Part shown: one piece after another, positions 47,711 to 59,735 of the stretch
How the letters are laid out: every line of letters starts with the position of its first letter
Numbering within the stretch: position 1 is the stretch's first letter
Origin: Harriotta raleighana
Lineage: Eukaryota
Length of the DNA stretch: 64,000 nucleotides
NCBI GenBank assembly: GCA_050575255.1
Contig: JBNZDD010013651.1
Span: 2,579,004 to 2,643,003, forward strand
Direction: 5' to 3'
The notes under the pieces: model-generated
The model's input: the letters and a program-made list of their open reading frames with translations, nothing else
Databases searched by the model: none
What the model was told of the DNA's origin: nothing
Position numbers and translations under genes: made by a program

Positions 47711-48709
47711 ATGTTGAGAGTCAAATCAGCTTACAATGAGACCCTGTCGATAGAGCTTCAGCTCCAAGGCCCTGTGAGTGGCAAGTGTTATTCCATTTCA
47801 GTAAAGTAACAGACTTTTCTATTTACAAAGGTACAGTTCATTGCAGTCCCTGCCTCACCCCCATCCTGCCAATCCCCAGTGTCCATCCAGCACCAAACGT
47901 GTGTAGGTCCTGGTGTTATGTACATGGTTGTGGACTCATTTAGGGGAGGTGGGGGGCACGGGGTCATAATTCCAGTAACCACATTAGCACTTGAGCAAAG
48001 ACCTCCAGACAGTTGTCCCATCTAATTTTACGATCCTAGACACCAAAGTATGATATTTACTCCTTTCCAGTATTTGTCTCTAGCAGAGTCAAAATCTGAC
48101 AGCGAGATCACAGCTGTTTGCACAATGACATCAACAACAAATTGCATTTGTATAGCATCTTTCACACCAGGAGGACGTCCCAAGGCGCTGGACTGTCAGG
48201 GATCCGCATCCAAGCTGGTGTTTGTGATCAGGAGAGGTAGGGGGCTGCGGGGAATGTATGGGTAGGAAGGTTTGCCCAAAGACATAGTTAGAGAGAAGGG
48301 TCTTGAGACAATATCTGACCCCCATTTAGAGAGGATAACAAGGTGATAAATGTCACTCCAGCAGAAGTTGTGGAGGCTGAGTGATGGAGGTCATCTGTGC
48401 CTGGCTCTGTTGGCCACAAATATCTGATGGAGCCTTGTTGGGGCCACAGGCAACATTAGTCGGCGGAAGAAGAAGCACAGGAAGAATTGGTGTTTGGAAT
48501 TCAGGACAGTGTCTCCAGCTTGCCTTCCATAGAGATCGGTTTAACTTTGAATGAGCTAGGCAAACACGAAAACAAGCTGAAGGGAATGAGATGATGGTTA
48601 GCACATGTGTTCGAACACACCCACAGCTTACACGTCTCCTCCACATATAGGGTCCAGCAAAACAGTGGCAATAACACACATGGTTCCTCCTCAGAGAAAG
48701 GTATCACAC

Positions 48710-48910
48710 TATGCCTGAAAAGGTGGTGTAGGCCAATTGGATAACAACTTTTAAAAGATAGGTAGACGTTTATTTGGGGAGGACGGGTTTGCGCGGTTAT
48801 GGGGAGAGAGCTGGGAAGTGGGATTAAATTGCTCTTTTCAAAGAGCTGACACAGCTCGATGGGCTGAATGGCCTGCTTTGGTGCTGTAAGATTCTATGAT
48901 TCTACGACTA
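48710..48910 (+). mobile_element. CR1 3' end
   Basis: tgcctgaaaaggtggtg..ttatggggagagagctggg..gatgggctgaatggcct..attctatgattcta. Confidence 0.85.
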
Positions 48911-50239
48911 TACCCAGTGAAGTGGGGCAGGTGGCGGTCCTTTCAACTATAGCAACCGAGGACAGTGAAGCAGATTACAGCTCTATCTAACTAAATAACT
49001 AAAGAGGAGGAAGAGTTCTGGGGAACCTGCAGCTAAGTACCGTGACTAATGACACTTTGTATTGAAGTTGTTGTCCTGTGCCTTGCTCCTATAATGACCT
49101 TCAGTAGGGTAAGACTGTACTGTTCATTTTAAAAAATGCCTCTATGTTCTTCAGTTCCCAGACTCACTGCCGTCGCCTTTCTGAGGAGGCTCCACACCGA
49201 TCTGAAGAGCAGCCACATCTTTGAGGAGGTTGACAGCTGGCTGGTAATTTACATCATGGCTGTTTGTGTGACGTTGCCCTGCACAAATTTTGGAGCTGCA
49301 TAAGCTACCAAAATACATCAATGTGGAAAATTCTTAAATTCACTGTTAAGTCAGTAACAGTAAATCTTGTAAAATGTGAAATACTGTGACAATGTGGTAA
49401 GATGCTATATCAAGTACAAGGAATATTATATGATTATCTCCACACAACTCTTGTAAGGATATCTTTATTACTAACATTTGGAAGATGCCAAGCTTGTGTC
49501 CTGATGTGTTGATGAATATTTTCAACTCGGTTCTCCTCCATCTCACTCCTCACGCCTGCCTGCGTCAGTTGCAATTTGGACTATTGCCCACTAACAGTAA
49601 GTCACGCACTGGATATACTCTCTTTATACTTCCCTCTCTTTGTGCTTTTTCTTCTCCTTTATGTCAGTTGGCATACATGTCTTGCTGCTTTCACTTGGTC
49701 CAAAGTCAACTGTACGCCCCAAACTCGCCTCAGGCTGTAAGATCATCTTGTCTTAACATTTGAGATCGTGCAGAACGATGGAAAATTCTTCAATTCAATT
49801 TTAACTTGGAAGCTTTGTTTTCTGACTTAACAGTGAATTTAAGAATTTTCCACAATGATGTGAACTGTTAAATTTTAAGACTGAATGATATACAGGCTGA
49901 GAGCAGCTGAAAGTTTAGGCCTCGGGGACTTGCATGAGTGGGTCCTTGATGCCAATTTGACCCTATAACCACAGGTGCACTCCCTTCACACACAAGCAGC
50001 TCTGATCCCAACCTGATTACTTTTTTACACCCACTACTTTCTTATAAGAAAGTACCTATAGGACTGTATGTCGCCCATTTCTGATAACAAATCTAATTGA
50101 TAACTTGGTATCTTGGGAACGAGACAAGAAACACGTGATCTTTCATTCTGTGCCACAGCAAATTGTAACACAGCAATGGTGTTGAAGTGAGTTTTTTTTT
50201 TGAATAAACATGATTTTCTAAGTCAAATTTGATACTGAT

Positions 50240-50552
50240 GTGCATTGTGGAGTTCAGTGGTTAGAGCACTTGCCTTTAAGCGAGAGACCTGGGTTCAACT
50301 CCAGGCAGGTTAGGGCAAAACCTTGGGCAAGTTTCCTTACTCCATACACCTGGTAAAAATCCCTCAAAAAAAACAATAACAAATTGGCCATTTCAATCCA
50401 CAACTATTTGTGCGACACTGCTGTGCACAAAATGGCTGCCGGATTTCGTCCACAAATATACAGTCAATTCACTTTACAGTATATCTGTGAAGAGCTTTGA
50501 GACGTCTAGAAGATGTGAAAAACGCTATATCAAATGCAAGTATTAGTATTAT
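50240..50552 (+). mobile_element. Full-length tRNA-headed SINE
   Basis: agttcagtggttagagcacttgcc..gggttcaactccagg head through cgctatatcaaatgcaagtatt tail. Confidence 0.87.
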
Positions 50553-52089
50553 ATCCACAGGTACATCTCCCCTCCTCTCCACATTCACACATGCACACAG
50601 CATTCCAGCTCTGCAGGATTGCGTAACTAAATCTGCTTCAGTTAATAAAGCTGTGCAAAAAAAAAATGATTAATGAGCTAAAGGGTGCTTTTGTGATAAT
50701 GTTTATTCTCCTCTTGCGATGTAATAACAGTTTAAAAGTGTTGAAAACAGCAGTGAGATCTGAAAGAGTCCCCTGTCCACATTTTGCAGTGAAACCCTTG
50801 CACTAAACAAACAAGCATGCGGGTCTCTGCACGCCCAGGGCTGGTTGAACCTCAGAGGATTATTGGGTGAAAATATCCAGGAAACTGGACTCCACTCTGT
50901 CAGCTCCTTATCTACCGTCTGTTTATTATTTACAATTCATAAAAGCCTTTCTTTTTTTTATTGGTGTCAGGTCCCAATTTGTGAAGCTTTTAAAGGTTAG
51001 GTGGAAATGTCAATGTGATTAATACACATTTCTTACACTTCTCTGTGCAGCCAGCGCCAGGAAAAACAAATGTCACTCTGTTTGGCAATCATTAATTTGG
51101 ATGTATAGTTGTACAGTCACAGAGGCATGAACTTGGCTAACTCCCGCCTGATGGGTAACTTAAAACCTAGCTTTTATTTTAATGCCGAAAAATATGTTAC
51201 TGCGAGTGAGCTAAGCATAGCATGTTGCTGGTCGCCCTGGACCAGGCAACACTGACCGTATTCTTTCTCCACACAGACACACACTTTTCACTTTTGTTTA
51301 TTTTGAAAGGTGCCAAGATTCTCTGGGCACAATAAATAACGGTACGAGAAGAAGACGGAGTGTATGAGATGTTTGTGGCCACTGTTGTATAAACCTTCCA
51401 AAGACCTCACTCCAGCCAGCACCTGGTGAAGCTATTAACTGCTTGGGGCAACTGGTGAGCGCAGCTTGTCACAACAGCAAGAGGAGGCCATTCAGCCCAC
51501 TGAGCTTGTCCTGATAGTTGCTGGGATTGTGGAAGTGATTTGAATCCTACTTCTTCTCCTTTTCTCCCTATCTCTTAAAACTCATACTTCCCAAGTATCT
51601 TATGAAACTCTGCAATTGATTCAGCCTCTTCAGCTTTCTGGTGGATGATCCGTTTGACTTGTCGTAGGGCTAAGGCTAGATCATTGGGTGCTAAGGAAAT
51701 GAGCTATGGAAATTTGAATACAAGACCTCAGAAATATTAAATGCAATGGTGCAGATATCACCTGGGTGTCACAGGCACATAATCAGCATTTTGCACAGAT
51801 CAAAGAGTTATTACCCTACTCCTCCATTAATGAACAAAATAAAAAATATTGATCGTTACACATGATATAGCACCTTTCAAGTCATGAGGATGTCTCTAAG
51901 TGCTTTACAGGATATAATCTAAAGTGTATTTTGTAGGCAAACATGGTAGCTAATTTCTGCAGTGCATTGTCTCACTAACAGTCCTTGAGAAAGGGATCAA
52001 TTTTATTTGGGGTATTGTTAGCCAGGACATCAGGAGAAATTATTTTCTGTTTTTGAGTAGTGTCATGGGATCTTTAACCTCCACCTCAA

Positions 52090-52440
52090 TAATAATAAGG
52101 CTTGTGTTTCCTGTAGCGTCTTATCAAGTCGTCGAGACATCCCAAAGCGCCTCACAGGATATTCTGTAAACTGTGTGTTTTGTGGGTGAAACTCGGCAGA
52201 CAATTGCACACAGAAGTGTCCCATGAACCATCATGGATTGAGTTACCACACACTTTTTTTGAGGAGATTATTACCCACCGAAAGTGATACATCAATTGAT
52301 TAAGAACCGGGTTCCTACTTACTGCTCAGTAAACAGAGATGTGTGTGTGTGTGTGGAGTAAGGACCTTGCCTAAGGTTTTGCCTTGTCAGCCCAGGAATG
52401 GAATTAAATCCAGGTCCTCTCACTTGCAAGGCGAATAGAT
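52090..52440 (-). mobile_element. SINE copy
   Basis: Reverse-complement family tail to head (ccaggtcctctcacttgcaaggcga). Confidence 0.78.
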
Positions 52441-54414
52441 TTACATAGCAAAATAAAAATCCACCACACACAGTAAACAGGGTTAAGAGATTGCAGCTTG
52501 CAACAGGAAGAACAGCCAAGATTGAACGGTCACAAGACCTATAAAGTGACGAGAAGCTCAGATGATGTAGTTTGTAACCAAAGTGTTTGACTCTTACTCA
52601 GGAGCAGGCCTGGAGAGTGTCGCTGGAAAATCAAATAGCTTCAAGTGGGTCTACTTCAGAGCAGCAATGGAGGATAGAAGAAAAGACTAACTAAACCAAC
52701 GCTTGGAACAGACAAACCAATGTCTGTCCTCCTTGGAGAGAAGGTAAGTGGGTTCTCCTTAGATCTGAGCTGTCTGCAAAATGACGACTTGGCATGGGAA
52801 TGTTGGAATCAAGTCAACCCTCTATGGTAATCCAGTTCCTGAGCCAGATTGGTCAACAGGATCTTGAAAGGATACCCCAGTTACTGCGAATTTTACCCCC
52901 TCATTTTGTGTTAACCCTGCAAGCTGAAGCCCTAATGTCCTATTTGAACAGGAGGTGGGAAGCATTTGTGACAGTGCTGTCACTGGAATGCTATATGTTG
53001 TTAGTTAAACTCCAGCAGTAGCCCCGACAGACACTCAGTGATCCCCACTCCTTGGATCTTGTCAGCCTGCGCTAAATACTCTCCATAGTTATGTAAGCAG
53101 GGGGCACCCATCTAGGGAGAGAGTACGATTCAATTTCAGACACGGAAATGCAATACATATGTGGAACTCTTAGTGTGGATTGGATATTCTTAAATATGGT
53201 GATTATTTGGGTATGTTTCTCACCCACACAGCTGAATAATAAGAAAATGCTGTGGGGTAGGGGTGGAGGTGTTGGTGGGGGATGAAACACAGACATCTGA
53301 GGAAAGAAAGAGATAGTGTTGATGGTGCAAGATATGTCAAGATGAATGAATGAGTTTGGGGCAATCAGTCTATCCAATACTTTCCTCAGGAGATTGCACA
53401 TGTGGTGGAGTCTTAGCTAAGGTAAAGATTGCGGGTCCGCAGAAGTTGGGGGTTCAATATTTTTATTTGGGCATATTTTTGTTTTAAACTTCAATATTTT
53501 TTTCGCTCACTTTCCTAAAGCATGAGAGACCACACAAGGGCAATTTGTTCGGATGGGATTTTAGTGGTGTTTTGTGCTCAGCTTTTCCCACAGTCCTAGT
53601 CAAATAACTTTTTGTCAACATTGCACAAGAAGCGTGTCAAGACTCTTAGCCTAGACTGCCAGCTGCAGTGTTCACTTTCCCTGGAAAATAAAAAGTTGAC
53701 CCCCAGATTCCTAATCTGCCCCTTATATAGAAATGTGCGTTGCCAAATAATTCCACACAAACAATTTCTGTTACATTGTGAATAAAAATTTACAATGAAA
53801 GAATTGAGAATGTAAAAGTTGAATTGAGAGCCCCTATAAATAAAGATTACAAATTCACATTCTTAGAGCCCTGGAGTAGAAATATTCTGTAACCATATTC
53901 ACACCTTATCCATCAACAGCAGCTTGGTGTTCGCACCCGCACAATCCAGGTGTCTGTTATCACATGTAGACAACAGAGGAGCAACCTGTTTCCATCTCCA
54001 TGGGGGCATCCTGATTGCAGTAGGTGTGTCCCAAGATGACAGCTGCCTCCATCTTTGTGGGCCATTTGCTACTTGTTCTGTCTTATCTGGTTCCAGGAGA
54101 AGTGAACCATTTTCCAGATTTTCTCATCAAGGCGGATTGCAGAAGGAAATAAACACGTAGCATCTCCATTCTACCATTCCACAATACCCTTGTGCACTGA
54201 TATGCATTCTATGACATACTGATTGCTTAAAAACAAATCTTTTTGTTACTTCCTTTTTGGCTCCTACCGTATTCAGTGGACTACAGAACCCACGTATAGT
54301 GGCATTTAATCCACAATAATAATAATCCTTAAATTCATATCAAGAGGATGTCTCAAAGCGTTTAATCCAAACCCATAATGTATGTATAATTTCAAACTAT
54401 TTACTTCATGTCAC

Positions 54415-54705
54415 GTAAGAAGATCAGGAGAAGGCCATTCAGCCCCTCAAGCCTGTTCCACCATTCTATAAGATCATGGTCAAACTGTATCTCAAATCCA
54501 ATTACCTGTCTTTGCTCCGTATCCCTTGATACCATTACCTAACAAGTATCTATCAACCTCCGTTTTGCAAATTCCAGCGTTCACAGCCTTTTTGGGGGGA
54601 AAGAGTTCCAGATCGTCTCAAGTCTTTGAGTAAATAAAATGCTTGCTGGTTTCACTCCAAACTACCCAGCTCTAATTTTAAAAGTATGCCCCTCATTCTG
54701 GAGGG
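54415..54705 (-). mobile_element. CR1 3' fragment (second subfamily)
   Basis: aggagaaggccattcagcccctcaagcctgttcc..agatcatgg..agagttccaga..ctctaattttaa, the reverse complement of the 34730-35050 type. Confidence 0.78.
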
Positions 54706-54804
54706 GCTCTTGCAAATGGGTTGTTATAAAAAAAGAACATTTTAGGCTGAGTATCTCAAACTAACACAACCACCAATTTATGATATAATGTAATTACCTT
54801 ACAA

Positions 54805-55300
54805 TAATTGTTGCATTTGATATAGAGCCTTTTCACACAGTTGAAGCATCTTGAAGAGCTTCATCCATTTATCGTACAGTGTATTGACTATGTATTTGCA
54901 GCTAAGGCAGGAGACAATTTTCACATTAAAAAATCCCACAAACAGTCATGAAATCATTGACAATTTTTATTTGCTGGAGTGTTGGCCAGGACACCAGGAG
55001 AAACTCCCTTCCCTTTTTGAATAGTACCTTGGGATATTCAGTGCCTTGGGACGTCCTCCCAATGTGAAAGGCACTATATAAATGTAATTTTGATTGACGA
55101 TTTTAATTTAACATCCACCTGAATAGGCAGTTGGAAGCTCAATGTAACATTTCATTCAAAAGACAGCATCTATGACAATGCAGCATACCCCCAGCACTGC
55201 ACAAGAGTGTCAGCCTGGACTGTGGTCTTAAAGTCCCAATGTGAGGCTTCAACCCACAGAGAAGTGAGAGTGCCACAGACTGAGCCAGACTGACACCAAT
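54805..55300 (-). mobile_element. DeuSINE-like element with a nested L2-type tail fragment (~55040-55095)
   Basis: ttggccaggacaccaggagaaactcc..catccacctgaataggcag..gacaatgcagca..gtgtcagcctgg..tgagccagactgacacc. Confidence 0.7.
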
Positions 55301-55660
55301 TTAAAAATTGGAATATAATTTTAGTTCAGGTAACAATCAATATTTACAACAGCAAAACTTCTTGTAGTTTTTGTGCTGCATTAACTTTTAATAACATTAC
55401 AGTCTTGCAGCAAATTTTAATGTGTGTATGAAACAGTACTGATAAACATGTGCATAGAAAGCGATACTCGCTTGTGGCATGGTCCCAATCAAAGAATGAA
55501 AACAGATGCAGGGATGTGCAATGCACTGTCTTCTGACACCTTGCTTTATAAATGTAGTTTTGCATTCCCCATTCCTTTGGATCCCATCCCATAATCCCTG
55601 GCCTCTATCTGTCAGGATTGGGTACAGACCTTGAATTTATCTGCCCTTCCCAGCATTGCT

Positions 55661-56808
55661 ATAGAATTATAGAATCATAGAATCTTACAGCACAAAAGGA
55701 GGCCATTCGGCCCATCGAGTCAGTGCCGGCTCTTTAAAAAGAGCAATTTAATCCCACTCCCCAGCTCTCTCCCCATAACCTCGCAAACCCGTCCTCCCCA
55801 AATAAATGTCTACCTCCCTTTTAAAAGTTGTTATCGAATCGGCCTCCACCACCTTTTCAGGCAATGCATTCCAGATCTGAACAACTCGCTGAGTGAAAAA
55901 ATGTCTCCTCACCTCCCCTCTGCTTCTTTTTGAAACTATTTTAAATCTGTGACCACGAGTCACTGATACGCCCACCAGTGGAAACAGTTTTTCCCTATCC
56001 ACTGTCGAATCCCTTCATGACCTTAAAAACCTCTATGAGGTCTCCTCACAATCTTCTCTGTTCCAATTAGAATAAATCTAGCCTCTCTAGCCTTTCTTGT
56101 AGTCCCTCATTCCTGGCACCATCCTAGTAAATCTTCTCTGCAACCATTCCAATTCCTTAACATCCTTCCTAAAGTGTGGTAACCAGAATTGTACAAGTTA
56201 TTCCAGCTGAGGCCTAACTAAAGTTTTATAGAGTTTAGTCAGGACTTCCTGACTTTTGTACTCTATGCCCCTATTTATAAAGCCTAGTATCCCGTATGCT
56301 TTTTTGACAGCCTTGTCTACCTGTCCTGCCACCTTCAAAGAATCACTCACACAAACCCCCAGGTCTCTCTGTTCCTTCACACCCCTTAAAATTGTACTAC
56401 CTAGCCTATATTGCCTCCCCTCATTTCTCCTCCCAAAATGCATCACCTCACATTTCTCTACATTATTCTTCATCTGCCATGTGTCTGCCCATTTTACCAT
56501 TCGGTCTATATCTTCTTGCAGATGGCTACCATCCTCCTCACTATTTACTATTTTTCCTAACTTTGTGTCATCTGCAAACTTCGAAATAGTACTCCCTATA
56601 CCCAAGTCCAGATCATTAATATAAATTAAAAAGAGCAGTGGTCCCAATACCAATCCCTGGGGAACGCCGCTGTACACTTTCCTCCAGTCAGAAAAGCAGC
56701 CGTTCAACCACAACTCTCTGCTTTCTGTCTCCCAGCCAGTTCTGGATCCATGCTGCCACTGTCCCTTTATTGCCGTGGGCCTCTATTTTCTTCAAAAGCC
56801 TTTCATGC
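55661..56808 (-). mobile_element. Young 5'-truncated CR1 LINE with RT domain
   Basis: ORF 56198..56713 SGVPQGLVLGPLLFLIYINDLD...KFADDTKLG. ORF 55748..56002 gives the CR1 C-terminus. (catagaat)n tail. Confidence 0.95.
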
Positions 56809-56817
56809 TATGCTATA

Positions 56818-57090
56818 GGTAGTCCTGTAGTTCAGTGGTTAGAGCATTCGCTTTACCTTGGACAAGTTTCCTTACTCCACATGCCTAATAATATTCCCAC
56901 CCCCAAAAACCCCCCATTAATAGTCATTTCAATCCACGACTGCATGTGGGAACACTGCTATGCACAATTGGCTGCCGTGTTCCACCCACATATATACAAT
57001 CAATTCACTATACAGTATATTCTGTGAAGTGCTTTGAGACTTCTAGAAGATGTGAAAAACACTATATCAAATGCAAGGATTATTATTATT
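56818..57090 (+). mobile_element. SINE copy
   Basis: gtcctgtagttcagtggttagagcattcgc head through aaatgcaaggattattattatt tail. Confidence 0.85.
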
Positions 57091-58899
57091 GCTAGCTGTA
57101 GTGAGTGCAAGCGTGAACTGAGGGAGAAACCGACCACCGCCTTCCACCTCCACCCGTGGATCTGCAAACATCACTTCCTCACTGGTACAGGCTACACTTC
57201 ACAACTTGACCCAAGCACATCTGAAATATATCTTTGGAGAAGGGAAGTTGACACTCAAGAAGCCATTATCCTAATCCAAATTCCCTGCTCTTTCCCTGCA
57301 CTCTATAATACAACAACAACACAATTACATTTATTAGCGCCTTTCACGTCGGGAGAACATCCCAAGGTCCTGAACAGTCAGGTAGGGATGAGAGCAATGG
57401 GGGAGAGGTGGGAGTAGGGGGAGGAGAGTAGGAGTTGGAGAATTGATTGTATATATGTGGGCGGAACACAGCCAAATTGCGCACAGCAGTGTCCCACAAA
57501 CAGTTGTGGAAGTGGGGTATGGGGAAAAAGGGGGAAAGAGGGTAAGGGGGGAGAGGGAGGGAAAGGCAGGGTAGGGTGGAGTAAAGTCACTTGCTTGTCC
57601 AATTCTTTGAAATGCCCCAGTCAATTAAATGTCCCTAAATGCAGCCTGGGAAATCATTCTAAACACTGACAGCTCTTTGGGAGAGAAAGTTCTTCTGAAT
57701 ACCTGAGTAAGAATAATAAATAAGAATCCCGTGCATTTGATTATAGCATTTCATCACATCTTCGAGGCGTCTCAAAGCGCTTCACAAAACATACTCTGAA
57801 GTGGATTGACTGTAAATGTTGTGGGCTAAACGCGGCAGCCAATTCCACACAGCAGTCCAAGCTCAGAGTTTTGAATGTGGCGGGCAGCAGTGAATGATCT
57901 GAGAACGACACCAACTGCGTTCAGGGTTTTCCTCCTTTTGTCACAATCTTAAATTGAGATACAAGCCATCGTAGCTTCCGATTCCAATGTGGTAACAGTT
58001 CATCCAACTTCCATGAGTTCTTGCAGACTCGTTTCATTTCGTGCAGGACTCTGGCCTTTTTTGGTAAAATAACGTTAATCTTAGTTCAAGTCAAAGACAT
58101 TTGTATTCTTCAACATGTTTATAGACAAGAAATCCAATTCGGCAAATACTGTTTACATTCCCTGTTGCACTGCACATGCTCCAGATAGTAACTGTTTTCT
58201 GTCTTGCAATGAATGTGAACACACTCACTGGCTCTCAGCGTGAACTCACTGCTGGTTCCTGTGACTGAGATCACAAGCCTGCGACTTCATTCCCAGCTCC
58301 CCATGTCTGAAAAACTCTTGTGAAATGACAGAAACAAACGTGTATTCATCACTGTTTTGTTAAAGATTTCATGGCACTGCTCGAAAGGAGAACAGAGTTT
58401 CTCCCAGTATACTGGCCAATAAATAAAATTAGTCATTCACTTTCTTGGCTGTTTGTGGGACATTGTTGCGTGCAAAGTAACTGCAGCATTTGTCTACAAA
58501 TATACAACACTTGACTGCAATTATCTATGGAAAGCTTCAACTAATTTCAATGAGGTAAGATGCTGTAAAGAGATGTAAGTTCTTTTGTTTCTTCACTTAC
58601 TGTTTGAATCAAATTCCATTATACAAGCTCGGCTCGAATTAAAACTTTTATAGCACCCAGTGATGACTAATTACTCAGATGTCTAAAGTTGCCCTAAGAG
58701 ATTTTAGAGCTTGAGTGCCCAGCCAATTGTGTAGGGTACTTTGAGACATCCTCACAATGTGAAAGGTGCTACATAAATTTAAAATATGTTGCATTTGGTG
58801 TCAGTCTGGTTCAGTTGATGGGACTCTCGCCTCTTCGTGAGAAGGTTGTAGGTTTAAGGCCCAATTTTGGACCTTGAACTCACAGTTTCGGCTAACACT

Positions 58900-59205
58900 T
58901 CAATAACAATCCTTGCATTCGATATAACGCTTGTCATGTCTTCTAGACTTCACAAAGTGCATCACAGAATATACTGTAAAGTGAATTGACTGTATATATT
59001 TTTGGATGAAACGCGGCAGCCAATTGTCCACAGCAGTGCCCCCTAAACAGTCCTGATTTGAAATGACCAATTTATTCTAGGTTTTTTTAAGGGGAGGGAT
59101 TATTGTTAGGTGTGTGGAGTAAGGAAATTTGCCCAAGGTTTCGACCTGACCTGCCTGGATTCGAAACACAGGCAAGTGTTCTAACCACTGAGCTATAGGA
59201 TTCCA
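58900..59205 (-). mobile_element. Full-length SINE inserted in an older DeuSINE head (58797-58900)
   Basis: Tail aataacaatccttgcattcgatat to head ctaaccactgagctataggattcc. Confidence 0.82.
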
Positions 59206-59249
59206 CAGTGAGTTGCATTGTTGGAGATACAAGCATCTTCACATTGCTA

Positions 59250-59735
59250 CATCTCAAAGTGTTTCAACAACACGTTTCACAGGATTTACTGTCTAGTGCA
59301 GTGACTGTGTATTTTGTAGGCAAATGCCGCAGCCAATTTGCCCACCTCAATATTCATACATAACTATGAAGTGAATGACCAATTTTATTTGGGGGATTGT
59401 TGGCCAGGACACCGATAGTAACTCCCTTCTCTTTTCCAGCAGTGTCATGGGATTGCCAATCTCAGCACTTTGGGGGCATCCACCCAGGGCGCAACGAGCT
59501 TTGTAAATGCAATTTGCTGCTTTGTTGGTGTTGTTGTCGACACCCACCTGAACAGGCAGATGGGACCTCGGGTTACCATCACATACAAATAATTGCACTT
59601 CTGGCAATGCAACAGCTGCCTGGCAATGCATTGCAGTGTCAGTCTAAACCATAAGTTCAAAGTCTCAAAGTTGGTCTTGAACCCACAACCTTTTGACTCA
59701 AAGATGTAAATGTTATCAACTGAGTCTAGTTGCCA
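59250..59735 (-). mobile_element. Older DeuSINE-like element
   Basis: gcagccaatttg..gaatgaccaatttt..ttggccaggacacc..cacctgaacaggcagatgggacctcgg..cttgaacccacaacc..tgactc. Confidence 0.72.

Noticed and set aside
57392-57585. G-quadruplex-like purine tracts
   Set aside because: They are the low-complexity spacer of a SINE variant; no evidence of function.
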